Below, one piece after another: positions 55,220-64,000 of a stretch of DNA of 64,000 nucleotides. Under the pieces are notes generated by a model that was not told the DNA's origin, made no database searches, and saw nothing but the letters and a program-made list of their open reading frames with translations. Position 1 is the first letter of the stretch. Every line of letters begins with the position of its first letter. The stretch covers positions 24,116 to 88,115 of the forward strand of contig JAQUWY010000001.1 in the NCBI GenBank assembly GCA_028692655.1. Direction: 5' to 3'. The stretch is from Candidatus Omnitrophota bacterium. Lineage in GTDB: Bacteria; Omnitrophota; Gorgyraeia; Duberdicusellales; 4484-171. The position numbers and the translations under genes were made by a program.

Positions 55220-55582
55220 ATGCCAATGGATAAACAGGTAAATATCCAGCATAAAAATTTAGCTGCCGGGCGATGGAAGGAAATATCTCTTTGCGAGCAG
55301 ATGGCAAATATTGGCAGTGAAATATCCAGAGCGCTTAATTGGCAAAATAAGGGCAGAGAAGAGATGTCCAAAAAAGCTGTTTTAAGAGCTCTGGAATTGT
55401 TGGATTTAAGTTTAGATTCATCTAAAAAAATATCTCGCCTTAAGGAAATGGCCCGTTTACGAGAAGCAATAGTTGATTATTTTTATAGCTCTAATGAGTT
55501 TTCTTCTTTAGAGAAGCTGTTTCGCGGATATTTTGACCATTTCAATTATGCCGCACGGCATTCTTGCCGCCGGCTGGGTTGA
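55220..55582 (+). CDS. hypothetical protein
   Basis: 120-aa ORF, no recognisable motif. Confidence 0.25.
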   Translation: MPMDKQVNIQHKNLAAGRWKEISLCEQMANIGSEISRALNWQNKGREEMSKKAVLRALELLDLSLDSSKKISRLKEMARLREAIVDYFYSSNEFSSLEKLFRGYFDHFNYAARHSCRRLG

Positions 55583-55627
55583 GCGGGATAACGGTTTATG
55601 ATATAATTTTAAAAAAAGGAGGGAGGA

Positions 55628-56107
55628 GTGAATATTTTTAAAATAGCTATTTTTGGATTATGCGCTTTTATGTTTATGACCGGTTGTGAAACCATGGATA
55701 CTGCTTCAAAATTTACCAGGCCGGTTATAAAAAAGAGGGTTTTTGATGCTTCATACGATGTTGTTTGGAACGCAGTATTGGAGACTGTGTCTTCTCAGGG
55801 AGTTGAGATTACTGCCGCGGATAAAAATAAAGGCGTTATTACTTTTAAGAAAGCACTTACTAACAAAGAAGCCAAAGAGTATATCGCTCCTGACTCCAGA
55901 ATTGCCTGGTATCGTGCCAATGCTAATGGCGAGGTGTTAATCAAAGAAGAGGATGTTGGGAAGATTACTGTTGTTATAAATATGAGTTTCAGAGGAAGTA
56001 TCAGCGGCTCCTCCGGCCCTTTAGCGCAGAGTCATGGGGGTGATACAAGCGGAGTTTTTGAAGAAAAAGTTTTCTACGGAATAAAAAATCTGGTTAGTGG
56101 GAATTAA
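55628..56107 (+). CDS. hypothetical lipoprotein
   Basis: Lipobox FMTGCET. SD aaaggaggg. Confidence 0.4.
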   Translation: MNIFKIAIFGLCAFMFMTGCETMDTASKFTRPVIKKRVFDASYDVVWNAVLETVSSQGVEITAADKNKGVITFKKALTNKEAKEYIAPDSRIAWYRANANGEVLIKEEDVGKITVVINMSFRGSISGSSGPLAQSHGGDTSGVFEEKVFYGIKNLVSGN

Positions 56108-56226
56108 TAACTGTCCAGGGGAAAATCGCGATAAGTAACTAAGCTCAGAAGAAAATCTTTTAGCTTGCGTTAGTATATTATTCTAAGTACAATATTTAAC
56201 GGATATTAATTAAAAAGGAGGGGAGG

Positions 56227-56607
56227 ATGCTTAAAAGATTCTTAGTTGTATTTTTTATGGCAGCTTTGGTCATATCTTCTTCAGGTTGTGTTGGAGGGCT
56301 CATAGTCGGTGCCGGAGGAGCAGCCCTGTGGCAGTCAGGAAAAGTTATTTCCGAGGAAACAGTATCCTTTGACAGGGCTGTAGCTGTGGTTGAAGCTACG
56401 TTTAAGGCGCAGAAGATTACACTTACCGATAAGCTTGTCAAAGAGAAGACTGCCCAGATAAGAGGGGATGATAAAGATGGCAAAAAAGTTGCCGTGGATA
56501 TTTTTGATAAAGGCCCGAAAGTGGTCAGCATTGAGATACGCTACGGGTTAGTAGGAAAAGAAAAGCCGGCCCGTGAGCTCTTAGGCCAGATAAAGAAACG
56601 TCTGTAA
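56227..56607 (+). CDS. hypothetical lipoprotein
   Basis: Lipobox SSSGCVG. SD aaaggagggg. Confidence 0.4.
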   Translation: MLKRFLVVFFMAALVISSSGCVGGLIVGAGGAALWQSGKVISEETVSFDRAVAVVEATFKAQKITLTDKLVKEKTAQIRGDDKDGKKVAVDIFDKGPKVVSIEIRYGLVGKEKPARELLGQIKKRL

Positions 56608-56735
56608 AAACGAAAGTTTTCAAGAGATAATTTTAAACCCACCGCGTTTAAATGAGGCGCGGTGGGTTTTTAAATTATTGATAAGGTTTTGGAATGATTG
56701 TTATGAATAGAAGCATACAGAGGAAAGAAAAACCG

Positions 56736-58145
56736 ATGGTAAAGGGCGGCGTGCGAGAAATGATTTCTATCGCGATGCCAATGGTAATATCGCAGGCCTG
56801 CTATACAATCATGACTTTTACCGACCGGATGTTTCTATCGCGCCTTGGCCCTGAATATATGAATGCGGCTATGGCCGGAGGCCTGACGGCTTTTATGATG
56901 ATGACGTTTTTCCTAGGCTTAATCGGTTATACTACAGCTCTCGCGGCTCAGTATTTAGGCTCCGGCAAAAAAGATAAATGCGCTGTTACTGTAAGCCAGG
57001 CCGCGATTATAGCTTTGGTGGCTTATCCGCTGATTCTTTCCTGCCGGCCTCTGGCTCATGGCCTTTTTGAATTTATGGGGATAATTCCCGGCCAACTGGC
57101 ACTGCAAAAGATTTATTTCGATATATTATTATGGGCGGTGTTCGTCAGCTTATTGCGAAATTGCCTTAGCGGTTTTTTCTCCGGTATAGGCAAAACAAAG
57201 ATTGTAATGATTTCGGCATTTGCCGCTATGCTTGTAAATGTCGTAATTAACTATGTCCTTATTTTCGGTAAGTTGGGTTTCCCGGCTTTAGGCATAAGGG
57301 GGGCGGCCTATGGAACCATTGCCGGGGGAGTAAGCGGCTTGATAATTTTGTTGGTTTCATATCTTGGAAAAACTAATCGCAGAGAATACAAAGTTTTAAA
57401 ATCTTTATATTTTGATAAAACCGTGATGACAAGGTTGCTATGGTTTGGCTATCCGGCCGGTCTTGAGATGTTTCTTAATCTCTTAGCGTTTGATATAGTA
57501 ATAATGATTTTTCATTCCGCAGGTGCTATTGCCGCTACAGCCGCGACTATTGTCTTTAACTGGGACATGGTTTCCTTTGTGCCTTTATTGGGGGTAGAGG
57601 TGGGAGTGATGAGCTTGGTTGGCCGTTATATGGGAGCAAGAGACCCTGATACTGCCCATAAAGTTACTATGTCCGGGCTTAAAATGGGGGCAGCGTATTC
57701 GGCAATAGTTTTTGTTTTATTTTTCGGATTTCCGCAATTTTTGACTGAAATTTTCCGGCCCAGTAATTCCGCAAGCGTATTTATAGCCGCTAAGCCGGTA
57801 ATAGTTTTTATGATACGGCTGGCGTCGATCTATGTTTTAGTTGAGGCGATGATAGTAGTTTTTATCGGAGCCTTAAGAGGAGCCGGAGATACTTTCTGGG
57901 CAATGCTTATTTCAGTTTCCCTGCATTGGGTTCTGGTGCCGGTACTATTTGTGCTGTTGAAAATATACGGAGTATCATTACAGATTAGCTGGAGCGTGGT
58001 GGTAGGAATATTTCTTATGTTCTCGTTTCTTGTTTACTGGCGCTATTCAATTGGTAAATGGAGGAAGATATCTGTGGTAAGCGCGTCGCCGGTAGTTCCG
58101 GCAGTTACCGTATATGAAGACTTTCATGAATCTTTGGACCTATGA
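56736..58145 (+). CDS. MATE family efflux transporter
   Basis: 12 TM. N-terminal MVKGGVREMISIAMPMV typical of the MATE start. The track ORF begins at 56694. Confidence 0.8.
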   Translation: MVKGGVREMISIAMPMVISQACYTIMTFTDRMFLSRLGPEYMNAAMAGGLTAFMMMTFFLGLIGYTTALAAQYLGSGKKDKCAVTVSQAAIIALVAYPLILSCRPLAHGLFEFMGIIPGQLALQKIYFDILLWAVFVSLLRNCLSGFFSGIGKTKIVMISAFAAMLVNVVINYVLIFGKLGFPALGIRGAAYGTIAGGVSGLIILLVSYLGKTNRREYKVLKSLYFDKTVMTRLLWFGYPAGLEMFLNLLAFDIVIMIFHSAGAIAATAATIVFNWDMVSFVPLLGVEVGVMSLVGRYMGARDPDTAHKVTMSGLKMGAAYSAIVFVLFFGFPQFLTEIFRPSNSASVFIAAKPVIVFMIRLASIYVLVEAMIVVFIGALRGAGDTFWAMLISVSLHWVLVPVLFVLLKIYGVSLQISWSVVVGIFLMFSFLVYWRYSIGKWRKISVVSASPVVPAVTVYEDFHESLDL

Positions 58146-58231
58146 TTTTATATCTTCAAACCTTTTGGTTGCAATAAGCCTCATTTCTTATAAAATATAG
58201 TTCTAAAGTTTTTTTTAACCCCGAGATCAGT

Positions 58232-58789
58232 ATGTTTTCTCAAAAATCTAAAATTAGTGATTTTGGATTCATCGCTGAGGGCAATTCCCTTTTTCAAATT
58301 TATCCAAGAACATATGGCATTATTCTGTTATTACTCATAATGCTGTCCGGAAGCCTTCTTATTGCCGGATTATTTATGCCGGTTCTAACTTTTAAAGAAA
58401 TGGCCTGGTTTAAAACTACCTTTTCGGTTCTTTCGGGGATACAGAACTTATGGCAGGAAAAGCAGCCATTTTTAGCTTTGATAATTGTCCTTTTTTCGGT
58501 GATATTTCCTGTGATTAAACTATTCGCTCTGGCTTGGCTTTGGCTGGCGAAACTTTCGAGTAAACGCAGAATGGTTATAATTGAACGGCTTGAGCTTTTG
58601 GGGAAATGGTCGATGCTGGATGTTTTTGTAGTCGCGGTTACGGTTGTTGCGGTTAAACTCGGGTTTTTAATTAAAGCAAGGCCCCGAGCCGGCATTTATG
58701 TCTTTGCCTCTTCTATTATACTTACCATGTTTATAATGATGTGGTTGAGTAAACTTGCGCTTAAAGCATCTCGCCGTCAGGATCAATAA
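58232..58789 (+). CDS. PqiA-like integral membrane protein
   Basis: Four TM. WSMLDVFVVA-type motif. Weak evidence. Confidence 0.35.
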   Translation: MFSQKSKISDFGFIAEGNSLFQIYPRTYGIILLLLIMLSGSLLIAGLFMPVLTFKEMAWFKTTFSVLSGIQNLWQEKQPFLALIIVLFSVIFPVIKLFALAWLWLAKLSSKRRMVIIERLELLGKWSMLDVFVVAVTVVAVKLGFLIKARPRAGIYVFASSIILTMFIMMWLSKLALKASRRQDQ

Positions 58790-58833
58790 CGGCAGGCGGA
58801 TACAACTATAAAGGTATAACATTATATTTATAG

Positions 58834-60126
58834 ATGCAAAACGGAGGTTGTATGGGTAAGCGGCTTATTCTGGCGTTTGTCTTTATTTTTTTTATTTCTT
58901 TTCAAAATCTCCTTGAAGCCAGCGAGATAGATATATTAGTTGATAAATTAGTGGAAAAAGGCATTTTGAGCCGGGACGAAGCCAAAGAAATCCTGGATGA
59001 AACCAGAAACGAGGCCGCTAAAGAGGCCGAAAAAACGGTTCTTGGCCGGGAGGCTAAGGGTAGTTTTGAGAAAAAAACTTTTGATTTGCCGCAGTGGGCC
59101 AAAAACCTGAATATTAAAGGAGACTTGCGCCTGCGTTATCAGTATGATGATACAAAACATGATTCTACTGATGGAAGAAATCTTGGCAAAATACAATATC
59201 GTTTAGGGTTTGACGTTAAGATAAACGATAGAATAGCATTGGCCGGAGGGCTTGCTTCAGGAGGAAGTGATCCCCGTTCGCGTAATATTACCTTTGACGG
59301 AACTTTTGACGGCAAAGCAATATGCCTTGATTATGCTTACCTCAGGTATGCTCCGCTTCCCTGGTTTATTTTTGAAGCCGGTAAAATGAAACGCAATACC
59401 GTTATGTGGGAGCCCACGGATCTTTTATGGGATACATCTATTACTCCTGAAGGCGGGGCGGTTGTATTTTTAAAAGAAACCCCGGAGATTAAGTATTTCT
59501 CGAATATGAATATGTATGTTCTTGAGGCTGATTCGGGAAGCGATAACGGTGCTTATGTGGCTTTTGTGCAACCGGGGATAGATTGGGCGGTGGATGAAGG
59601 TACGAATCTTAAGGCAGCAGTTACCTATTATAATGTTAATACTAAAGGTAAAACTCTTACTCATCCGGGTGCGGGAAACACTATGGCGGGAGATAGCCAG
59701 AGATACGATTATGATTCTGTGAGCCCGGCTTTTGAATTAGGGTTTGATAATCCTTTAGGGTTATTACCTTATGCGTCTTTAACCGGTGAATACATTCACG
59801 CCTTAAAGCCCAAGAAGAACGAGAATGGTTTTATAGCCGGATTCAAACTCGGCGATAAAGATATTGAGAATTTCGGCAATTGGCAATTCGGCTACTACTA
59901 TAGGAGGCTTGAGGCTGATTGCTGGCTGGATGCTCTTCCTAATTCTGATACATATAGCGGTGATACCAACACTAAAGGACATACCTGGTTTTTGGGGTAT
60001 GGACTGGGAAAGAATGCACTGTTTAATCTTACCTGTTATTATGCTCAACCGATAAAGAGCATTAATTCCATGGATACCGAGGCTAAGCAGATTGTCGTGC
60101 AGTCTGACTTTATAGTTAAGTTTTAA
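58834..60126 (+). CDS. outer-membrane beta-barrel porin-like protein with N-terminal coiled-coil segment
   Basis: Signal peptide. Charged helical segment. Alternating beta-strand pattern. C-terminal ...DFIVKF. Confidence 0.5.
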   Translation: MQNGGCMGKRLILAFVFIFFISFQNLLEASEIDILVDKLVEKGILSRDEAKEILDETRNEAAKEAEKTVLGREAKGSFEKKTFDLPQWAKNLNIKGDLRLRYQYDDTKHDSTDGRNLGKIQYRLGFDVKINDRIALAGGLASGGSDPRSRNITFDGTFDGKAICLDYAYLRYAPLPWFIFEAGKMKRNTVMWEPTDLLWDTSITPEGGAVVFLKETPEIKYFSNMNMYVLEADSGSDNGAYVAFVQPGIDWAVDEGTNLKAAVTYYNVNTKGKTLTHPGAGNTMAGDSQRYDYDSVSPAFELGFDNPLGLLPYASLTGEYIHALKPKKNENGFIAGFKLGDKDIENFGNWQFGYYYRRLEADCWLDALPNSDTYSGDTNTKGHTWFLGYGLGKNALFNLTCYYAQPIKSINSMDTEAKQIVVQSDFIVKF

Positions 60127-60211
60127 AGCATTAATATCCCTTGACTCTAAAAAATCCCTGCCATATAATTCATCTTTGCATTATTAACCATTTTTTGAAA
60201 TAAGAGGAAAA

Positions 60212-61132
60212 ATGATTAGTTTAAACGACTATATAAAACCGGAAGCCATTGTAACCGGAATGAAAGCCCAGACTAAAGAAGAGGCTATAAAAATTCTGAT
60301 CAAACGTGTTTTTCAGGAGGATAATTCCTGCTGTGGTTCGGTAAGCTTTGAAGATGTTTGCAGGGAAGTTCTATACCGGGAAAGCATGCAGACGACCGGC
60401 GTGGGAGAACATATGGCTTTCCCTCATGCCCGTATAGCCGGATGGAAGAAGCTATCCGTAGCCTTGGGTATTTGTAATGAAGGTATTGACTTTAAAAGCC
60501 TGGACAAAAACCCGGTTAACTTTGTCTGTCTCATGGTTTCATCATTGGATGAGCCTTATGTAATTCTTCAGACTATGGCTTCTATAATAAGATGCCTGCG
60601 CCGAATGAAAAAAAGCGGCGGGTCTTTTGAAAATATGGATTCCCGACAAATAGCGGACAGTTTTACGTCTTACGATGTGCGAACAAGTGAAAATATTCTT
60701 GCCGGGGATATAATGAGGCCGGTAAAAGCATCTGTTAAATTAGATTCAAGCCTTGAAGATGTGGCCCGGCTGATGCATCTTAACCATCTCGACGTTCTCC
60801 CGGTAGTAAACGGAGGAGATAGGCTGTGTGGTGAAATATCCTGCCTTGATATTTTTTCTTACGGTATGCCGGATTTTTTTAAGCAGTTAAGTACGGTTTC
60901 ATTTGTGCGCCATATTGACCCTTTCGAAAATTATTTTAAAATCAAACGCGGAGTAAAAGTAAAAAATCTTTTAAGTAAAGATGTTTCGGCTATAGCCAAG
61001 GATGCTACATTACTTGAGATAGTATTTCAACTTACGGTTAAAAACAGGCAAAAACTTTTTGTGGTCGATGAGGGCAGGTTAGTAGGAGAGTTGGACCGTT
61101 TTAATATAATCGATAAAATATTGTTTTTTTAA
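60212..61132 (+). CDS. PTS EIIA(Ntr)-type domain fused to CBS pair
   Basis: N-terminal PTS EIIA type-2 with His in MAFPHARI. Two C-terminal CBS motifs. Confidence 0.65.
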   Translation: MISLNDYIKPEAIVTGMKAQTKEEAIKILIKRVFQEDNSCCGSVSFEDVCREVLYRESMQTTGVGEHMAFPHARIAGWKKLSVALGICNEGIDFKSLDKNPVNFVCLMVSSLDEPYVILQTMASIIRCLRRMKKSGGSFENMDSRQIADSFTSYDVRTSENILAGDIMRPVKASVKLDSSLEDVARLMHLNHLDVLPVVNGGDRLCGEISCLDIFSYGMPDFFKQLSTVSFVRHIDPFENYFKIKRGVKVKNLLSKDVSAIAKDATLLEIVFQLTVKNRQKLFVVDEGRLVGELDRFNIIDKILFF

Positions 61133-61141
61133 AATTAAAAC

Positions 61142-62443
61142 ATGATACCGTCACTAGTTATATTTATAATTGCGTATATTCTCATTGCCACAGACAGGCT
61201 TGATAAGACTACCGTTGTGCTTATAGGAGCCGGGTTGATGCTTTTTTTCCGCTTGATAACTTTTGAAAATGCGGTAGCGGCGATAGATCTAAATGTTATT
61301 TTTCTTCTTGTGGGCATGATGACCAGTGTTTTTGTTTTGGCAAAAACAGGATTTTTTGAGTGGGTTGCCATTATTGTGGCAAAGCTGGCCAGGGGAAATC
61401 CGATGCTAATAACCCTTTTATTCCTGATAGTGACGGCTATTCTTTCAGCTTTCCTGGATAATGTTACCACAATAATTCTTTTGGCGCCGGTTACCATACT
61501 TATAATGCAGATTTTAGAAATTTCCCCCGTACCTCTGCTTATTCTGGAAGTTATCGCTTCTAATATTGGCGGAGCAGCCACTCTTATTGGAGACCCTCCC
61601 AATATCATCGTGGGTTCACAGGCCAACCTGTCTTTTAACGATTTTTTGATTAATCTATTTCCGGTAGTCAGTGTCATGTTTGTTGTATTTCTGCTTACAG
61701 TATATATTCTGTTTCGCAGGCGCTGGAACATATCCGGGCAAATCAGAAAGAGGGTGATTGAGTCTGTACCACATTTGGCTATTATTGACCGCAAGAATAT
61801 GATCAAAGCTTTGGTCGTTTTAAGTTTTATATTTTTGGGATTTTTTACCCATACCTTGACAGGCGTGAAACCGGGGGTTATAGCTCTTTTTGGGGCGATG
61901 GTTATGACTTTAGTCTGTAAAGTCGAGATTGATAGGACATTTAAATCAGTTGAGTGGAGTGTAGTATTTTTTTTCATAGGCTTATTCATGATGGTGGCGG
62001 CTTTGGAACATAACGGGGTTATAGAATTTTTGGCTCAAGGGTTATTAAATGCTGCCGGGTCAAATTTATTTATTTTATGCGTTGTCATTCTTTGCGGCAG
62101 TGCGCTTTTGTCTTCAGTTTTGGACAACATACCTTTTGTTGTAACCATGATACCGATGGTTAAAAGCATTATCGGAAAAGTTTCTCTTTCTTATGGCCTG
62201 GCTGATGCTTCTCTTATCCAGGCTCAAATAGCTTACCCTCTTTGGTGGTCGTTGGTTCTGGGAGTGTGCCTGGGGGGTAACGGTACTTTAATCGGGGCTT
62301 CAGCGAATGTAGTTATGGCTAAGATCAGCCAGCGTAATAAATATCCTGTTAGTTTTATGAAATTTTCCAAATACGGGTTTCCTTTTATGCTGCAGACTTT
62401 AGTTATTTCTGTTCTGTATATCTGGATAAGGTATTTTCTCTAA
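61142..62443 (+). CDS. ArsB/NhaD-superfamily anion permease
   Basis: 433 aa, about 12 TM. Duplicated GDPPN/ GASAN-type hairpin motifs. Confidence 0.65.
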   Translation: MIPSLVIFIIAYILIATDRLDKTTVVLIGAGLMLFFRLITFENAVAAIDLNVIFLLVGMMTSVFVLAKTGFFEWVAIIVAKLARGNPMLITLLFLIVTAILSAFLDNVTTIILLAPVTILIMQILEISPVPLLILEVIASNIGGAATLIGDPPNIIVGSQANLSFNDFLINLFPVVSVMFVVFLLTVYILFRRRWNISGQIRKRVIESVPHLAIIDRKNMIKALVVLSFIFLGFFTHTLTGVKPGVIALFGAMVMTLVCKVEIDRTFKSVEWSVVFFFIGLFMMVAALEHNGVIEFLAQGLLNAAGSNLFILCVVILCGSALLSSVLDNIPFVVTMIPMVKSIIGKVSLSYGLADASLIQAQIAYPLWWSLVLGVCLGGNGTLIGASANVVMAKISQRNKYPVSFMKFSKYGFPFMLQTLVISVLYIWIRYFL

Positions 62444-62530
62444 TTGTTTTAGCAATGCGCCTTTAAAATGGATTTAGCTGCGATGTGGCTAGTCTAAGCT
62501 TAAAGGCGTTTTTTATTAAGGAGAAACAGT

Positions 62531-63544
62531 TTGGCCGCAAAAAAAATACTCATTGTTTTCACCAGGGATGAAGAGATTAAGAAAAACATAAAGGATACGG
62601 TTCTGGCCGTTGATGAAATAAAAAAGGCTCTTGTTGCTGGTGGATTTGAAGTAGAAGCCAGATGCCTTACGGAAGAAGATTTCAAGGACGTTGGACGCCT
62701 TAAGAGAAAAATATTTGTAAAAAGACCCGATTGTATTTTTAATCTTTTTGAAGGGTTCGTTGATGACTCATCGAAAGAGATAGAATTGGTTCGCATAATT
62801 GAAAGCGAAGGCCTACCTTATACGGGTAACGGCTCTATGGCTTTAGAAAATTGTTTGGACAAAGCAGCCTGCAAGAAAATACTCAAAGAAGCAGGCGTAA
62901 GCGTGCCTAGAGGCATATTTATTAATAAATCCGGAGATTTTAATTTAGGAGATTTAGCGCCTCCTTTTTTTGTTAAACCCTGCTTTGAAGATGCCAGTTA
63001 TGGCATAGACGAGCAATGCCTGGTTTATGAGGAGAAAGAGCTAGCCAGTGTCATTGAAAGGGCTCTTGAAATGTTTCCCCGGGGGATTGTGGTGGAAGAA
63101 TTTATTGGGGGTAAAGAATATCATGTGGGTTTACTTGGCGAGTATCCTTATGAGTTGCTGGGAATTTCAACTACCGACTATTCTCTTTATAAGGACTTTA
63201 AGCCTTTCTTGACATATAAAGCCAAGTGGGATAGGAATACTCCTGAGTACAGACGAATAATGCCGTCTCTTATTGAGCCCATAGAGGGGCAGATAGAAAA
63301 TAAGCTACACGAAACTGCTTCTTTTTGCGCGAAAGCGTTAGGTTGTAAAGGCTACCTGAGAGTTGACATACGCGAAAAACGGGGCGGTTTTTTCGTTCTG
63401 GATGTTAACCCTAACCCGGATATATCGGTTGAGAGCGGTTTTATAAAGCAGGCCTATCAAAAAGGGTATGATTATCAGAAAATAATAGTTAAAATTGTTC
63501 AATTGGCAAACATTGGGCCGGGAGAAACAAAATGCAACAGATAA
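62531..63544 (+). CDS. ATP-grasp enzyme (D-Ala-D-Ala ligase-like)
   Basis: ATP-grasp layout: FVKP...E.FI.G.E..V....., then LRVDIR and DVNPNPD. Confidence 0.6.
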   Translation: MAAKKILIVFTRDEEIKKNIKDTVLAVDEIKKALVAGGFEVEARCLTEEDFKDVGRLKRKIFVKRPDCIFNLFEGFVDDSSKEIELVRIIESEGLPYTGNGSMALENCLDKAACKKILKEAGVSVPRGIFINKSGDFNLGDLAPPFFVKPCFEDASYGIDEQCLVYEEKELASVIERALEMFPRGIVVEEFIGGKEYHVGLLGEYPYELLGISTTDYSLYKDFKPFLTYKAKWDRNTPEYRRIMPSLIEPIEGQIENKLHETASFCAKALGCKGYLRVDIREKRGGFFVLDVNPNPDISVESGFIKQAYQKGYDYQKIIVKIVQLANIGPGETKCNR

Positions 63545-64000
63545 GTAGCATATATTTAAAGATTGCTGACAATGCGAGAGTTTTTACTCCGGTTGAGCTG
63601 GGTGTTTTAAGAGAGGTACTTCTGGACATAAATGTCAATTCCAACAGTACATATAAACTGGTTGAGGAAAAAGAAGGAGAGCGTGTCGCCGGGTTTGCAG
63701 TGTTAGGCAGAATTCCCATGACAGCTTTTGGCTGGGATATATATTGGATGGCCATTGATAAGGATTTACAGGGTAAAGGTATCGGGACCAGGCTTTTGAG
63801 GCGGGTTGAAGCGCTTATTCTAAGCGCAGCGGATAAAGCTATAGTAAGAGTTGAAACCTCAGCTAGGAAAGATTATGTTTTGGCTCAGAATTTCTATTGT
63901 AAAAGAGGTTTTATTCAAGCGGGGATAATACCAGATTTTTACGGCACTTGTGATGATCTGATGGTTTTTTATAAGAAGATAACCAATCGCAGTCTTAAGT
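63532..64000 (+). CDS. GNAT family N-acetyltransferase (3'-truncated by window end)
   Basis: Motif A LQGKGIGTRLL. Overlaps the ATP-grasp stop. Not in the ORF track because it runs off the window. Confidence 0.55.
   Translation, partial: MQQISSIYLKIADNARVFTPVELGVLREVLLDINVNSNSTYKLVEEKEGERVAGFAVLGRIPMTAFGWDIYWMAIDKDLQGKGIGTRLLRRVEALILSAADKAIVRVETSARKDYVLAQNFYCKRGFIQAGIIPDFYGTCDDLMVFYKKITNRSLK

Noticed and set aside
61135-61989. 284-aa minus-strand ORF
   Set aside because: Lies entirely antisense within the well-supported 433-aa permease gene (61142..62443). Composition is typical of antisense readout of a membrane protein gene.
1-64000. CRISPR arrays, rRNA genes, prophage structural genes
   Set aside because: No regularly spaced direct repeats with unique spacers, no rRNA-like conserved segments and no capsid/terminase/integrase-like ORFs were seen. 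The only recombinase-type gene is the IS transposase.

Overview
AT-rich bacterial chromosomal window, probably an uncultured, Omnitrophica-like lineage (inference), about 80% coding, almost all on the + strand.

Housekeeping genes include ilvB-ilvN, dnaX, recR, family-4 UDG, a DEAD-box helicase, tadA, an M42 peptidase, a MATE transporter and a CaCA exchanger.

Features worth a second look:
1. A non-canonical fatty-acid/polyketide-like cassette: FabG, a His-less ketosynthase, FabZ, FabF, ACP and a second ketosynthase, followed by two tandem CrtI/phytoene-desaturase-family flavoenzymes. A large multi-TM sensor kinase and a split two-component/HD-GYP module follow directly.
2. Selfish small genes scattered through the window: four four-helix-bundle (23S-rRNA-IVS-type) genes and two GxxExxY genes. 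Each is flanked by short inverted repeats, and several interrupt conserved operons (dnaX|recR, kinase|regulator, fabG|KS|fabZ).
3. A minus-strand tRNA-Asn(GUU) interrupted at the anticodon loop by a 232-nt plastid/cyanobacterial-type group I intron, with a YhbQ-like GIY-YIG nuclease gene abutting it.
4. Two tRNA-Ser genes that share a leader and lie behind long homologous low-complexity repeat blocks.
5. Two tandem Val-rich leader-peptide attenuators upstream of ilvBN.
6. An IS with 25-bp inverted ends encoding an IS200-like HUH transposase, sitting between two copies of a promoter-leader-terminator module (candidate sRNA).
7. A small accessory island: a UDG-like orphan, a secreted protein between duplicated terminators, a β-class DNA methyltransferase with a putative endonuclease partner, a GC-rich structured non-coding block, and a permuted-papain-like gene.
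8. Toxin-antitoxin-type loci (Fic, HEPN/MNT, zeta-like kinase) and c-di-GMP components (two HD-GYP proteins, a degenerate GGDEF, PilZ).

No CRISPR array or rRNA gene is present.
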